A model generated the notes under the pieces. The model made no database searches, had not been told where the DNA came from, and saw nothing but the letters and a program-made list of their open reading frames with translations. From the NCBI RefSeq assembly GCF_000022265.1, contig NC_011979.1, forward strand, positions 3,540,001-3,572,000: a stretch of 32,000 bases of DNA, in the 5' to 3' direction. The position numbers were made by a program, and so were the translations under genes. The stretch is from Geotalea daltonii FRC-32. GTDB taxonomy: Bacteria > Desulfobacterota > Desulfuromonadia > Geobacterales > Geobacteraceae. Of the stretch, positions 1 through 9,620 are shown piece after piece; position 1 is the first letter of the stretch, and each line of letters starts with the position of its first letter.

Positions 1-682
1 CCTCGCCATTGGCAGCAAAGATACGGTTGATGAGGGCTGGACGGAAATCCTGCTCAGTGGCATCGATGATCAGTCCATCATAGGCTTCGTCAAGCTTTAC
101 AGGATCGGCCTTGAAGGTCGGTTTGTCAGTGGCGAATTCCTTTTTCAGCTTCGGGTCCTTGTTCAGTTTCTCGTAAAAAGCAGTGGCAAAACCCTTTGCC
201 CCATGCATGCCGATCTTGATGATGGCTATGGCGGTATCCTTTTCCTGGCTGTACTCCTGGAACACCACCTGGCTTCCTTTGACGAAAGAGGAAACCGCCG
301 ACCTGATAACGTCATATTCGGCCATGCCGTCCTTGACCAGGGTGTCGCCGACTATGGCAAAACCTTGCAGATATTCCGCCAGAGCCCGTTGCGCAGTAAC
401 CACAGCCGCCCGCTTTGCCATCAGCTCGCGCTGGGCCGGAGTCTTGTGGTTGGGGTTGCCTATGGCTTCGCCGTAAAAAAGGATCGCTTCCTGGCTGAAG
501 GCGGCGTTATCGTCCCGGGCCCCGGCAGTGCCACCGGTGAGGGTAAGATTGCGCCCACTCAACCAGGTCTTGGTTTTGGTAAAGGTATCATCCACCTGCA
601 CCAGGTTTTGGTTTTCGTCTTCGGCAAAGGCAGGCCGGGCAAGCCCTGCCAGCAACATGGTCATCAAGATCAGCCTTTTCAT
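1..682 (-). CDS. LPP20-like secreted protein (partial; 3' end lies outside the window)
   Basis: Absent from the ORF track because it runs off the window edge. My reverse-strand translation from the ATG at 682-680 gives MKRLILMTMLLAGLARPAFA/EDENQ... (Sec signal). It continues ...AQRELMAKRAAVVTAQRALAEYLQG..., which is typical of LPP20-family lipoproteins. A GGGAGAG Shine-Dalgarno lies just upstream, and the start is 13 nt after the stop of the preceding gene. Confidence 0.6.
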   Translation of the reverse strand, partial: MKRLILMTMLLAGLARPAFAEDENQNLVQVDDTFTKTKTWLSGRNLTLTGGTAGARDDNAAFSQEAILFYGEAIGNPNHKTPAQRELMAKRAAVVTAQRALAEYLQGFAIVGDTLVKDGMAEYDVIRSAVSSFVKGSQVVFQEYSQEKDTAIAIIKIGMHGAKGFATAFYEKLNKDPKLKKEFATDKPTFKADPVKLDEAYDGLIIDATEQDFRPALINRIFAANGE

Positions 683-695
683 ATCTCTCTCCCTC

Positions 696-1907
696 TCAGC
701 GGATGTTTATTTTCTGTTTCAGTACCCGCACGGCCAACAGTGCCTCGGCGCCGTCGACAGGTTCATTGATGCGGAATTCACCGGAGAGTTCACCCTCCAT
801 GATGGCACGGGTGGTCATGTTCATCACCGCATTAAAGAACGGAGACGTGCTGCGCACATCGGGAAATGGCGATTGTTCCTGTCCGAAGTAGGCAGTGGCA
901 AGTTTTTCATCTCCGGTCAGTTTGATCAGCACATCCTCCAGGATGAATGCCATTTCCCCCCTGGTAACCGCTTCTGCCGGTTTGAACAAATAGGCTTTGG
1001 TCGTTTCATCGAATCTGGGCTCCAGGCCCCGTACTTTCCACTTCAACAGGGTCAGGATTTCATCCTTGAACTGGTGATCGGCGATGTCTGCCGGCGTGAA
1101 TTCCGCTTTGAGATGCTTTCCCTGTGAGGCTGCAGATAGCCTGCCGGCCATCAGCTTGTCCATCTTCATCTCATCCATGAGAAGCGCCGCCAGATCGCCG
1201 CGGCTTACCGAATCCTTCACCGCAATTTTTTTGCCCACATCTCCTATGGTAAGCCCTGACATGGCACGAACAGTCCTGTCCGTCTTCTTCCATCCCCGGT
1301 CAGCCTTGTCGTGCCACTTCCCTTCCCGCCTGGCATTCAGCACATCGGCAAATTTATCCCTGGCCTTCCGGAATTCCAGCGCCTGAAGGTAAGCAAGCCC
1401 CATGAAGTAGTCAGCAGCTTCCTTCCCCTGGTAATAAACCAGTTTCTGCTCGTCAAGCTTGAGGGCCGCCGCATCCCCGAACGCCCCTTCGGTCTCCTTC
1501 AGCCAGCCTTTTTCCTTCAGGATTGTATTGTCGCGCATGACGGCCAGGTAGTAATCGAACTGCTCTTCCGTGGTATCGGCGTATTTATCTGCCCGATCAA
1601 GAAAATCTCGGGAACGTCCTACCTCCACTGTCCGGAAGGCGTCATCGCCCTGGGTGCGGCTTTTCTCGGCAGCCACGATGGAATTGCCGGCGTATGCCGG
1701 AGAGTATTTTTCATTGCAGTAGAGGGCGCGGTCGAATTTCTCCCGGGCTGCAGTGATATCACTCTTCTCCAGAGCCTCCATGCCACGCAAGTAATGGTGC
1801 TCAGGGTTGTCTTCAGCCGTGGTACAGCGCACCTGGGGCCCGGAGCAGGCAGACAGGACACCCGCTGTTATCCCTGCCAAAAGCATAGACAGCAACTTTT
1901 CTTTCAT
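696..1907 (-). CDS. Lipoprotein with a TPR-like N-terminal part and two SLH-like C-terminal repeats
   Basis: ORF 696..1946. The likely start is the ATG at 1907 (MKEKLLSMLLAGITAGVLSAC, lipobox LSAC), preceded by AGGAGGAGG. The C-terminus has two F-x-D-(V/I)...TRGE/AEAL segments resembling S-layer-homology repeats. Confidence 0.65.
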   Translation of the reverse strand: MKEKLLSMLLAGITAGVLSACSGPQVRCTTAEDNPEHHYLRGMEALEKSDITAAREKFDRALYCNEKYSPAYAGNSIVAAEKSRTQGDDAFRTVEVGRSRDFLDRADKYADTTEEQFDYYLAVMRDNTILKEKGWLKETEGAFGDAAALKLDEQKLVYYQGKEAADYFMGLAYLQALEFRKARDKFADVLNARREGKWHDKADRGWKKTDRTVRAMSGLTIGDVGKKIAVKDSVSRGDLAALLMDEMKMDKLMAGRLSAASQGKHLKAEFTPADIADHQFKDEILTLLKWKVRGLEPRFDETTKAYLFKPAEAVTRGEMAFILEDVLIKLTGDEKLATAYFGQEQSPFPDVRSTSPFFNAVMNMTTRAIMEGELSGEFRINEPVDGAEALLAVRVLKQKINIR

Positions 1908-2000
1908 TGTTCCTCCTCCTTTTCGTGATGGTCCCGCAGGAAGCAACCAGCACCTTTTGCAGAACCCCGGGATGTCATTCCAGTTTTCAATACGCGGTAC

Positions 2001-2609
2001 TTATCTGCCAAAGGTGGAACGTTTCCAGACCTTTCTGATTTCCTTTTCGTCAGACCATTCAAGCAGGCCGGTGCGGAGATTCTTCAGGTTGAGGGTGAAT
2101 TTGTAGTAAACATCCCTGACATCATCGACCTTGTGCTCAATCTCGGCAAAGTTGCCCGACAGGATGTACTCGGCCCCGTACTGTTTTCCCATTTCCACAG
2201 CCTTTTCCTGATCGACCATGCCGCTGTTCTGCTGATATTTCAGTTCTTCCAGGACTGCAGCCTCGGTGGTTCTGTCAACGAAGGTGAATTTTCCCGACTT
2301 TATGAGCCTGGCACGGATTGAATCGGTTACAGCCTCCATGTCGATATGCTGCATGGACTTGTTTTTTATCCGGTCTACGGAAATGACCGGACGGCGAGTT
2401 GCGGTAATCTCCGCAACCGGTGGAAAGGTAATCAACGAATCGACCATGGTTGCCGCGATCTGCTGGAGATCTGCAGAACCGAAATCCGTTGACAGGGCTT
2501 GCTGCGACAGGGGATCGCCATATTCGACGCTGGGGGTGGCACACCCGGAAAACAGCGTAGCTGCTGCGATCAAAAAGATAAGACTGCCTGCTCTGGTTTT
2601 CTGGTACAT
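2001..2609 (-). CDS. LpoB-like (COG3417) outer-membrane lipoprotein
   Basis: Signal peptide plus lipobox (LFSGC). The remainder (…RPVISVDRIKNKS…GKFTFVDR…GAEYILSGNF…) resembles the penicillin-binding-protein activator LpoB / COG3417 fold family. Confidence 0.6.
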   Translation of the reverse strand: MYQKTRAGSLIFLIAAATLFSGCATPSVEYGDPLSQQALSTDFGSADLQQIAATMVDSLITFPPVAEITATRRPVISVDRIKNKSMQHIDMEAVTDSIRARLIKSGKFTFVDRTTEAAVLEELKYQQNSGMVDQEKAVEMGKQYGAEYILSGNFAEIEHKVDDVRDVYYKFTLNLKNLRTGLLEWSDEKEIRKVWKRSTFGR

Positions 2610-2640
2610 GGTGTTACTCCCTTCTTTGCGATAGATTCGG

Positions 2641-4104
2641 TCAGAATGTTATCTCCGTTGTTTTGAACGTATTGCCGGCCCTGATGACCCTGACGATTGT
2701 TTTGGCGCCGCTTTTTATATTGATCTCAATATCATGGAACATCGCCGTTCTCTCCTGCTCCAGTGACAATGAATGCTTTCCCGCCGGAAGGCTGGCCCGC
2801 ATCACCTGCACCTCTGCCGGAAGAGTATTCCAGCTTCTGAGATCGGCATTTTCGCTGATGTAGTTATAGAGTAATGAACTGAGTTCCCCCAGGGAGCCGA
2901 ACTTGTCCTTCGATTTCTTCGCTGCAATCCCTTTGGCAACGGCTCGGATGATCTGGCGTGTCACCATGGCCGGGACCTTTTCCTTCAAGGCCTTAACCGC
3001 CAGAGCCCTGGCGTCGCAAAGGGGTTCGGTAACGCCGATGGTATCAGAGCCTTCCATAACCCACATCGGGGAAGCGTCAGGCCATCGCTGCCCATAGAAG
3101 GGGAAAGCCACGGCAACGATGCCTCCACTTGGCAAGGGTATGGGAATCTTCACCTCTTCCTTCTGGGGGACGAAATCTTCTTCGAAAAACAACAGGAGTT
3201 CACCCGTTTCCATCCCTGGCGATGAAGTATCATCATTCCAGGTAGCATCCGGCACATCAACCGCCTTCTTTAATTTATCCAGCTCCTCATCCATGCCCAA
3301 AACCCGGGCCAGGCGCATCACATCCTCTTGCAGGTAACTGTTGTCCGGCCGGATCTCCAGCGCCTTCTTGTAGTCGATATAGGCGTCATTCGGCTGTTTC
3401 AGCAGTTCGTAGACCACCCCCGACACATAGAAGGAATAGGCATTCTGGAACGAGTTCTTCACCTTGCCGGCAATCTCATCCATGGCCCCATAGCTTGCAT
3501 AGACGCGACCGGCCCCTTCGGAGCTGCTGAAGTGGTTTTTTTCAGCTTCGGCCCTGGCTTCTTCCAATTCCTCTTCATGCCGCCTGAGGGCTTCATCCTG
3601 CTCCCTATTGGCCCGGCGGATCTCGACCCCGGCTCCTTCAATATCATTCCTGAAAAGATAATTCATCGCCTGAAAATTGTGCAGAAGAACGCGCTCATAG
3701 CCTTCGCCCCGGTAGGGAAGCGCATTATCATTGGTGAGAATTGCGCTGACATGGGATAAAGCATTCGTTGCACTGATGGTCGCCTTTTCATCGGCGGCTC
3801 TTATGGCTTGCATGGCACATTCATAGCTCTTGACGCTGAAATCCACGTCACCCTGTATCTGGGCAATGCGCCCCAACTCCATGCCATAGAGAATGGAATC
3901 TATGCTTTTATTACCCGAAACAAGGCACCGGGAAAGATCTACCTTTCTGTCGGCTTTCAATTGCTCGATGACCGGGGTGATCCTGCCCGTATAGGGGGTG
4001 AAGATTGTTGTGGCGCAACCCGAGGTGAGGATGGCAACGGCAACCAGGAACACCTGAAGTGCGCTTCTTGGGTATTTCAAGGTGCTTGCAGGGCATTTCC
4101 TCAT
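2641..4104 (-). CDS. TPR-containing lipoprotein, COG3014-like
   Basis: 487-aa ORF with lipobox LTSGC. It has TPR-like helical repeats (…AYIDYKKALEIRPDN…). It sits in the arrangement usually seen next to LpoB-like and LPP20-like genes. Confidence 0.55.
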   Translation of the reverse strand: MRKCPASTLKYPRSALQVFLVAVAILTSGCATTIFTPYTGRITPVIEQLKADRKVDLSRCLVSGNKSIDSILYGMELGRIAQIQGDVDFSVKSYECAMQAIRAADEKATISATNALSHVSAILTNDNALPYRGEGYERVLLHNFQAMNYLFRNDIEGAGVEIRRANREQDEALRRHEEELEEARAEAEKNHFSSSEGAGRVYASYGAMDEIAGKVKNSFQNAYSFYVSGVVYELLKQPNDAYIDYKKALEIRPDNSYLQEDVMRLARVLGMDEELDKLKKAVDVPDATWNDDTSSPGMETGELLLFFEEDFVPQKEEVKIPIPLPSGGIVAVAFPFYGQRWPDASPMWVMEGSDTIGVTEPLCDARALAVKALKEKVPAMVTRQIIRAVAKGIAAKKSKDKFGSLGELSSLLYNYISENADLRSWNTLPAEVQVMRASLPAGKHSLSLEQERTAMFHDIEINIKSGAKTIVRVIRAGNTFKTTEITF

Positions 4105-4111
4105 CTATTTT

Positions 4112-5239
4112 TCACTTCAGGTAATTAATGGTGATGGCATTGGTGGAGAAGTTGACGATTTTGAAACTGCCCTTCTGGGCAATGCTGTTGGCCAGATAGA
4201 TGGTGTTTTCAGGATAAGTTACCACGAACGATCCAAGCTCCTTTTCTTCCACCCCTGCTACCCAGGCGATGTTCTGCAGTGCCTCTTTCACGGCAAAGTT
4301 TTCCCCCGGGTCTTTTATGCCGCTGACCTTGACCTGCACCCTTTTTGCTGCAGCCTTCAGATGCCTCCCGACCTTATCGGCAACCACCGGTTTAAGCTTG
4401 TCCGAAAGATTTTGCAACCCCTTGGCGGCGGCATCTTCCATTGTGCCGGCAAGCCCCTTCCCTTGCTCAGTTCCGGCAGCAAGGATTACCATCCGGCCCG
4501 ATGGGTCCCTGGTAACCAGCCTGTAGGTCAATCGGGCAGTGATGTTGTGGAAAGGGGTGTTCAGACCGAATCCCATATCCCCTCCCTTTTTTTTGGTGAG
4601 GATTAAGTCGATATTGCCGATGAGGAGAATGTTGGTGAGAAATTGGTGCATCATACTGCTCAAACTTCGGAAATTCCCGCTTTTAAGGGCAGTCTCGATA
4701 TTCCGGGGATCCACTTCACCGGTGGGAGCAACATCAACAACGGTGTATCCACGCTCGGCGAGATCGCCGATGATTTCCTCCGAAAAGAGGTTGGACTCCT
4801 GGTAATCTCCGGCCGCTCCCGAAGGTGAAATTTTCCTGGCCGGAATGAAAACGGCCACGGCATTGTTCAATGCCAGGTCGGAAAGGGCATCACGGGTCTT
4901 TGCCGGTTCCACGCACGCATTTATTTTTACTGCAACCACATTGTCTCCGATTTGATAATCGAGAAGACTAAAGGAGGTAATCAGGCCATAGATTTTTCTG
5001 TTTATCGTCTCGTCAACAAGCATCAGGTTCTGGACTACGCTCTGGGCATTGACATCTACGCCTGCAGTCTGTTCGATGGCAGCCAGTTTGGCCCGGGAGA
5101 TTGCCTCTGCTTTTGCTGAAGGTTTATCACCATTGACAATGACAGCTTCACCATCGGCATCCACACATTGGACTTGAGCCAAAACAGTCAACGGGCATAA
5201 CCACAATGAAAACATTATAAAAACTAAGATTTTCCACAT
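4112..5239 (-). CDS. Secreted FlgT-N/LPP20-like protein
   Basis: 375-aa ORF with an N-terminal signal peptide (…CPLTVLA/QVQ). It has an LPP20/FlgT-like N-terminal motif (…KAEAISRAKLAAIEQTAGVDV…). It is the first gene of the minus-strand operon and follows an AT-rich intergenic region. Confidence 0.55.
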   Translation of the reverse strand: MWKILVFIMFSLWLCPLTVLAQVQCVDADGEAVIVNGDKPSAKAEAISRAKLAAIEQTAGVDVNAQSVVQNLMLVDETINRKIYGLITSFSLLDYQIGDNVVAVKINACVEPAKTRDALSDLALNNAVAVFIPARKISPSGAAGDYQESNLFSEEIIGDLAERGYTVVDVAPTGEVDPRNIETALKSGNFRSLSSMMHQFLTNILLIGNIDLILTKKKGGDMGFGLNTPFHNITARLTYRLVTRDPSGRMVILAAGTEQGKGLAGTMEDAAAKGLQNLSDKLKPVVADKVGRHLKAAAKRVQVKVSGIKDPGENFAVKEALQNIAWVAGVEEKELGSFVVTYPENTIYLANSIAQKGSFKIVNFSTNAITINYLK

Positions 5240-5477
5240 GGCCGGAAACTCCGTATGATTGTCTAAGTAATGAATAACTACAGGAACATAAATTATTCAG
5301 ATTGAGATTCCAGGATCAGCTTTTCGCAAGGGCATTTCATAGCAGAACGCAGTCATTGGTGATTTTTGTTTCTATTTTATGTTTTTGTTTTTTCAATGCA
5401 ATGGCAATTGCCCCACCCATGAATTATATTTGTTTAACTAAACACCATTCTGATATCTTTCGATTCGCATGCAAGGC

Positions 5478-5505
5478 TTGAATTGGTGTTAAAATTTGGT
5501 AAACT
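5478..5505 (+). promoter_or_regulatory. Candidate sigma70 promoter for the sensor kinase
   Basis: TTGAAT (5478-5483), a 16-nt spacer, then TGG-TAAACT (extended -10, 5497-5505), all within an AT-rich intergenic region. Confidence 0.3.
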
Positions 5506-5558
5506 CACGCAAAATCGTGGAGATAGCGTTTATGTGATTGCAAAGCCTGGAGCCTTTC

Positions 5559-8024
5559 GTGATAGACACTGCAGTTTCTTGTGAGCAGTTAAAGAAATAC
5601 CACCTTGTGCTGTTGCTCATGATGGTTATTGCCATTGCCGCACCTTCATTTGCAGCAGATCCAGGCCCATCCCTTCAGCGATCTATCCGCGTCGTCATGG
5701 ACGACAACTACCCCCCTTTCGTTTTCAGAGACAGGGATGGCAGGATCAAGGGCATCATCATCGATCAGTGGCGCCTCTGGGAGAAGAAAACCAGTACTCG
5801 GGCCGAGATCAGCGCCATGGACTGGGCCGATGCCCAAAGGCTGATGGCCGATGGCGAATTCGACGTCATTGACACCATGTTCCGCAACGAAAAAAGGGAC
5901 AAGCTCTACGACTTTACCAAGCCCTATGCCAGCATTCCGGTTCCCATTTTCTTTCGTTCCGATATCTCCGGAATAAGAGACATCCAGGATCTTGCCGGTT
6001 TTGCCGTGGGAGTGAAGGCGGGGGGCAACATCATCGATGTGCTCAGGTCCCACGGCATCAACAACCTCATCCAGTTCAACAGTTACGAGGCGATTGTCAC
6101 CGCCGCCCGCGACCACAAGGTTAACGTCTTCACCGTCGATGAACCGCCCGCCTATTACTATCTTTATAAATTCGGCATCTGGGAACAATACCGGGCGACA
6201 AAACCCCTGTACATCGGGCAGTTTCATCGGGGGGTAAAAAAGGGAAACAAAGAGCTGCTTCAAACCGTTCAATTTGGTTTCAATCGCATATCAAAGGAAG
6301 AATACTCGGAAATAGAAGAGCGCTGGCGCGGTAAACCGATTCTGGGAATGAAAGAAATGCGCTTCATCAGAATCAGCGGCATTGCGGTCATGCTGGTTAT
6401 GCTGGCGCTCGTCCTGTGGCTGTGGATGCTGAAGCGCATGGTAAGGCAGCGAACCGATGCCCTGCAGAAGGAAGTACAAACCCGTATCGGCCATGAAACG
6501 ATGTTGCGGCACAGCGAAGAGAGCCTCCGCTCGCTCATGGATGCCATGCCGGTGGGACTGGCTCTCAGTGACAGCCAGGGCAACAATATTTACATCAATA
6601 AATGCTTCATCGAGCGTTTCGGCTATAGTCTTGGCGAAATTACCACCAAAGCAGCCTGGTATGCCCGTGCCTACCCGGACGAAACCTACAGGGAAAAGAT
6701 AGTCAACACCTGGAAGGCGGCAGTTGCCAAGGCGCAGAGTGAACAGATAGGGATTCCCCCGTTTGAGTCACTGATTACCTGCAAGGATGGCTCTGTCAGC
6801 CACAATATTGCCAATACCCAATTGATTCAGGACCGCATCCTGATTATCTACACCGATATCACCGAACGGGAAAAAAGCCGCGACGAGCTTCTCAAGATGC
6901 AGAAGCTGGAATCACTGGGAATATTGGCAGGAGGCATCGCCCATGACTTCAACAATGTCCTCACCGGCATCATGGGCAACATTTCACTGTCACGGATGCT
7001 CCTCGATGAATCGCACCGGGCGACGACAACCCTGAAATCTGCGGAAAAGGCCTGTCAAAGGGCCAGCGAACTGGCCATCCAACTGCTGACTTTCTCAAAG
7101 GGAAGCCACCCGGTAAAGAAAACCGTCTCCGCCGGCAATATCGCCAAGGCATCGGCCTCGCGGGTATCAGACGGTTTCAGTGTGATCAGCGTCTTCAATA
7201 TCCCTGAAAATCTCCATCCCGTGGAGGTGGATGAGGGCCAGATAGGACAGGCCTTCAGCAATATAGCGATCAACGCAGCACAGGCAATGCCGGAAGGCGG
7301 GACCTTTACCGTAAGGGCGGAGAATGTGGCCCTGGACAAGGCAAACAGCATGTCCTTGCCAGCGGGGGATTACGTCAGATTCACCTTTTCCGACACCGGA
7401 TGCGGCATTCCCGAAGAGGATCTGAAGAAGGTTTTCGATCCATATTTTACCACCAGGGCAGGAGGCAGTGGCCTTGGCCTGGCTGCAGCCCATTCCATCA
7501 TCGGCAAGCATGGCGGACATATCGGTGTCAGTTCGGTAGTTGGCAAGGGAACGGTTTTCCAGGTCTTGTTGCCGGCAAGCAGTAATGAATCACCAGCCCA
7601 TGAAGAGGAGGGGAAAATGCCGGCAGCGCCGGAAAAGTGCAACAACTCCTTGTTGATCATGGACGACGAAGAAATGATCAGAGACCTTGCTACAGAGTTG
7701 CTGGGGGCGTTGGGATACAAGGTAAGCACTGCCGCGGACGGCAAAGAGGCAGTTGCCATGTACAGGGATGCACAGGAATCGGGCAGGCCATATTCCGCCG
7801 TCATCATGGACCTTACCGTGCCTGGAGGCATGGGTGGAAAAGAGGCAGCCCGGCTGATACTGGATGCATATCCCGATGCCAGGCTCATCGTCTCAAGCGG
7901 CTATTCCGAAGATCCGGTCATGGCGGAATACGCCAGGTTCGGCTTCTGCGCCGCCATGGTTAAACCTTACCGCGCCGTAGATGTCATGGGGGTTCTCGAT
8001 AAAGTGCTTTCTTCCAGGGATTGA
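5559..8024 (+). CDS. Hybrid sensor histidine kinase (periplasmic SBP_bac_3 domain, TM, PAS, HisKA, HATPase_c, receiver)
   Basis: ORF 5538..8024 begins at a TTG. The in-frame GTG at 5559 has a GGAG 6 nt upstream and yields a proper signal peptide (…KKYHLVLLLMMVIAIAAPSFA/ADP). Recognisable elements: a type-3 solute-binding domain; a TM helix (ISGIAVMLVMLALVLWLWML); a PAS domain; an H-box (GGIAHDFNN); G-boxes (DTGCGI, GGSGLGL); and a C-terminal receiver (LLIMDDEE…VIMDLTVPG…KP). Confidence 0.9.
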   Translation: MIDTAVSCEQLKKYHLVLLLMMVIAIAAPSFAADPGPSLQRSIRVVMDDNYPPFVFRDRDGRIKGIIIDQWRLWEKKTSTRAEISAMDWADAQRLMADGEFDVIDTMFRNEKRDKLYDFTKPYASIPVPIFFRSDISGIRDIQDLAGFAVGVKAGGNIIDVLRSHGINNLIQFNSYEAIVTAARDHKVNVFTVDEPPAYYYLYKFGIWEQYRATKPLYIGQFHRGVKKGNKELLQTVQFGFNRISKEEYSEIEERWRGKPILGMKEMRFIRISGIAVMLVMLALVLWLWMLKRMVRQRTDALQKEVQTRIGHETMLRHSEESLRSLMDAMPVGLALSDSQGNNIYINKCFIERFGYSLGEITTKAAWYARAYPDETYREKIVNTWKAAVAKAQSEQIGIPPFESLITCKDGSVSHNIANTQLIQDRILIIYTDITEREKSRDELLKMQKLESLGILAGGIAHDFNNVLTGIMGNISLSRMLLDESHRATTTLKSAEKACQRASELAIQLLTFSKGSHPVKKTVSAGNIAKASASRVSDGFSVISVFNIPENLHPVEVDEGQIGQAFSNIAINAAQAMPEGGTFTVRAENVALDKANSMSLPAGDYVRFTFSDTGCGIPEEDLKKVFDPYFTTRAGGSGLGLAAAHSIIGKHGGHIGVSSVVGKGTVFQVLLPASSNESPAHEEEGKMPAAPEKCNNSLLIMDDEEMIRDLATELLGALGYKVSTAADGKEAVAMYRDAQESGRPYSAVIMDLTVPGGMGGKEAARLILDAYPDARLIVSSGYSEDPVMAEYARFGFCAAMVKPYRAVDVMGVLDKVLSSRD

Positions 8025-8043
8025 ACGGAAATGAAAACATCAA

Positions 8044-9294
8044 TTAACGCCACACTCCACGGGTATCTATCACCACCTTCTCCTTGAGAAGTTCCTTGTC
8101 TATGGTTTTAAATTCATCGTGGTCGACCAGAACCACCAGGATGTCCGCCTCGCGCAGCACCTGGGACAGCTCATGCAGCTCCATGCCCGCCGATCCATTG
8201 CATACATTGGGTTCACAGGCCATCACCCTGCCCACTCCGCTTGAAATGAGCCCTCTGGTAATTTCCATTGCCGGCGACTCGCGCAGATCGTCGATATTGG
8301 CCTTGAAGGACAGTCCCAGGCAGCCGATAACCGGTTCCTTGAACCGCTCCGCCTTGGCCTTTATCTTGTTCATGACCCAGTGGGGCTTGTGATCGTTCAC
8401 CTCCCGGGCGGTACGAATCAGCCGCGCCTCTTCCGGCGCAGCGGAAACCACGAACCACGGATCGACGGCAATGCAGTGCCCACCCACCCCCGGTCCGGGA
8501 TTGAGAATATTTACACGGGGATGGCGGTTAGCCAGCTCGATCACATCCCAGACATTGACCCCCACCCGGTCGCTGATCAGCGACAGCTCGTTGGCAAAGG
8601 CAATATTCACGTCCCGAAAGGAATTTTCCACCAGCTTGGACATCTCCGCCGTCTTGCTGTCGGTGAGGAATATTGTCCCGTTGCAGAAGGTGTTGTATAA
8701 ATCTCTGGCCTTTTCGGCCGAAGCCTTGTTAATGCCGCCGATGATCCGGTCATTGTCCACCAGTTCGCGGATTATGTGCCCCGGCAGCACCCTTTCCGGG
8801 CAATGGGCGATGAAGACCTGGGGGGAATGGTTGTTGGTACCCGGATGCTGCGCCAGGTCCGGCCGCAGCTGCTTGACTATCTCACCGATCGCCTCGGTGG
8901 TCCCCACCGGCGACGTGGATTCCAGAATGATGAGACTTCCTTCCCGAAGAAAAGGCGCAATGGCCCGCGTAGCGGCATCCACGTAACTCACATCCGGGAT
9001 CTTCAGATGGGCCTGTTCCCCGTTTTTGAATGGAGTAGGCACGGCGATAATGAAGGTATCCGCCTCCTCGGGGACCAACGATGCCCGGAGATTGCCGCTG
9101 TTGACGGCAGAACGGACCAGGATGTCCAGATCGGGCTCGACAATGTGTATCCTGCCCGAATTGATGGTGTTGACCGCCTCCTCGTTTATGTCCACCCCCA
9201 CCACCTCATGCCCCTTTGTGGCGAGCATGGAAGCAGTGGGCAAGCCAATGTAGCCAAGACCCATGACGACAATTTTCTGACGGTTCTTTTGCAT
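8044..9294 (-). CDS. wecC: UDP-N-acetyl-D-mannosamine dehydrogenase
   Basis: Near-colinear similarity to E. coli WecC as I remember it (IVVMGLGYIGLPTA…, INSGRIHIVEPDL, ESTSPVGTTE, CPERVLPG, AEMSKLVENSFRDVNIAFANEL, NRHPRVNILNPGPGVGGHCIAVDPWF, LIRTAREVNDHKP, DDLRESPA). The ATG at 9294 is preferred over the GTG at 9300. Confidence 0.9.
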   Translation of the reverse strand: MQKNRQKIVVMGLGYIGLPTASMLATKGHEVVGVDINEEAVNTINSGRIHIVEPDLDILVRSAVNSGNLRASLVPEEADTFIIAVPTPFKNGEQAHLKIPDVSYVDAATRAIAPFLREGSLIILESTSPVGTTEAIGEIVKQLRPDLAQHPGTNNHSPQVFIAHCPERVLPGHIIRELVDNDRIIGGINKASAEKARDLYNTFCNGTIFLTDSKTAEMSKLVENSFRDVNIAFANELSLISDRVGVNVWDVIELANRHPRVNILNPGPGVGGHCIAVDPWFVVSAAPEEARLIRTAREVNDHKPHWVMNKIKAKAERFKEPVIGCLGLSFKANIDDLRESPAMEITRGLISSGVGRVMACEPNVCNGSAGMELHELSQVLREADILVVLVDHDEFKTIDKELLKEKVVIDTRGVWR

Positions 9295-9451
9295 AGGCAC
9301 CCCATATTTAATTGGAAGTATCTAACAAAAGTTACCACCAGATCATTCATTGTAAAGTTATAACTTTTAAAACATCTTCTCGCTTCGTTCAACGTGGCAG
9401 CGCCTCATTGGGCTCTGGAGTTTATCGGAAAGATTCTGTTCATCAATAGGC

Positions 9452-9481
9452 TTGACCATAAGGTTTTAATTAGATTATATT
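9452..9481 (+). promoter_or_regulatory. Candidate sigma70 promoter reading into the cassette array
   Basis: TTGACC (9452-9457), an 18-nt spacer, then TATATT (9476-9481). It lies upstream of the first cassette ORF. Confidence 0.3.
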
Positions 9482-9620
9482 TTACCGACATTCACTTCTC
9501 AGTGCTGGTCAGGGGGCCTTCTGGCGAAGCAACATATGTATTTAGATGCTTTTATATACAACCATATGCACCCACTCTAACTGGTCAATGTGTAGTTGAA
9601 TCAGAAAAAGGAAAAACAGC

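Noticed and set aside
183-1928. Several plus-strand ORFs (183..476, 203..769, 528..1127, 1084..1386, 1311..1928)
   Set aside because: All are shadows of the minus-strand lipoprotein genes. Those minus-strand genes have signal peptides, lipoboxes, RBSs and operon-like spacing.
5532-5537. ATG-TGA minimal uORF just upstream of the kinase start
   Set aside because: A start-stop pair of this kind occurs by chance. I see no supporting structure or conservation evidence.
5646-6272. 208-aa minus-strand ORF inside the sensor kinase
   Set aside because: It is antisense to the well-supported solute-binding domain of the kinase and has no independent signals.
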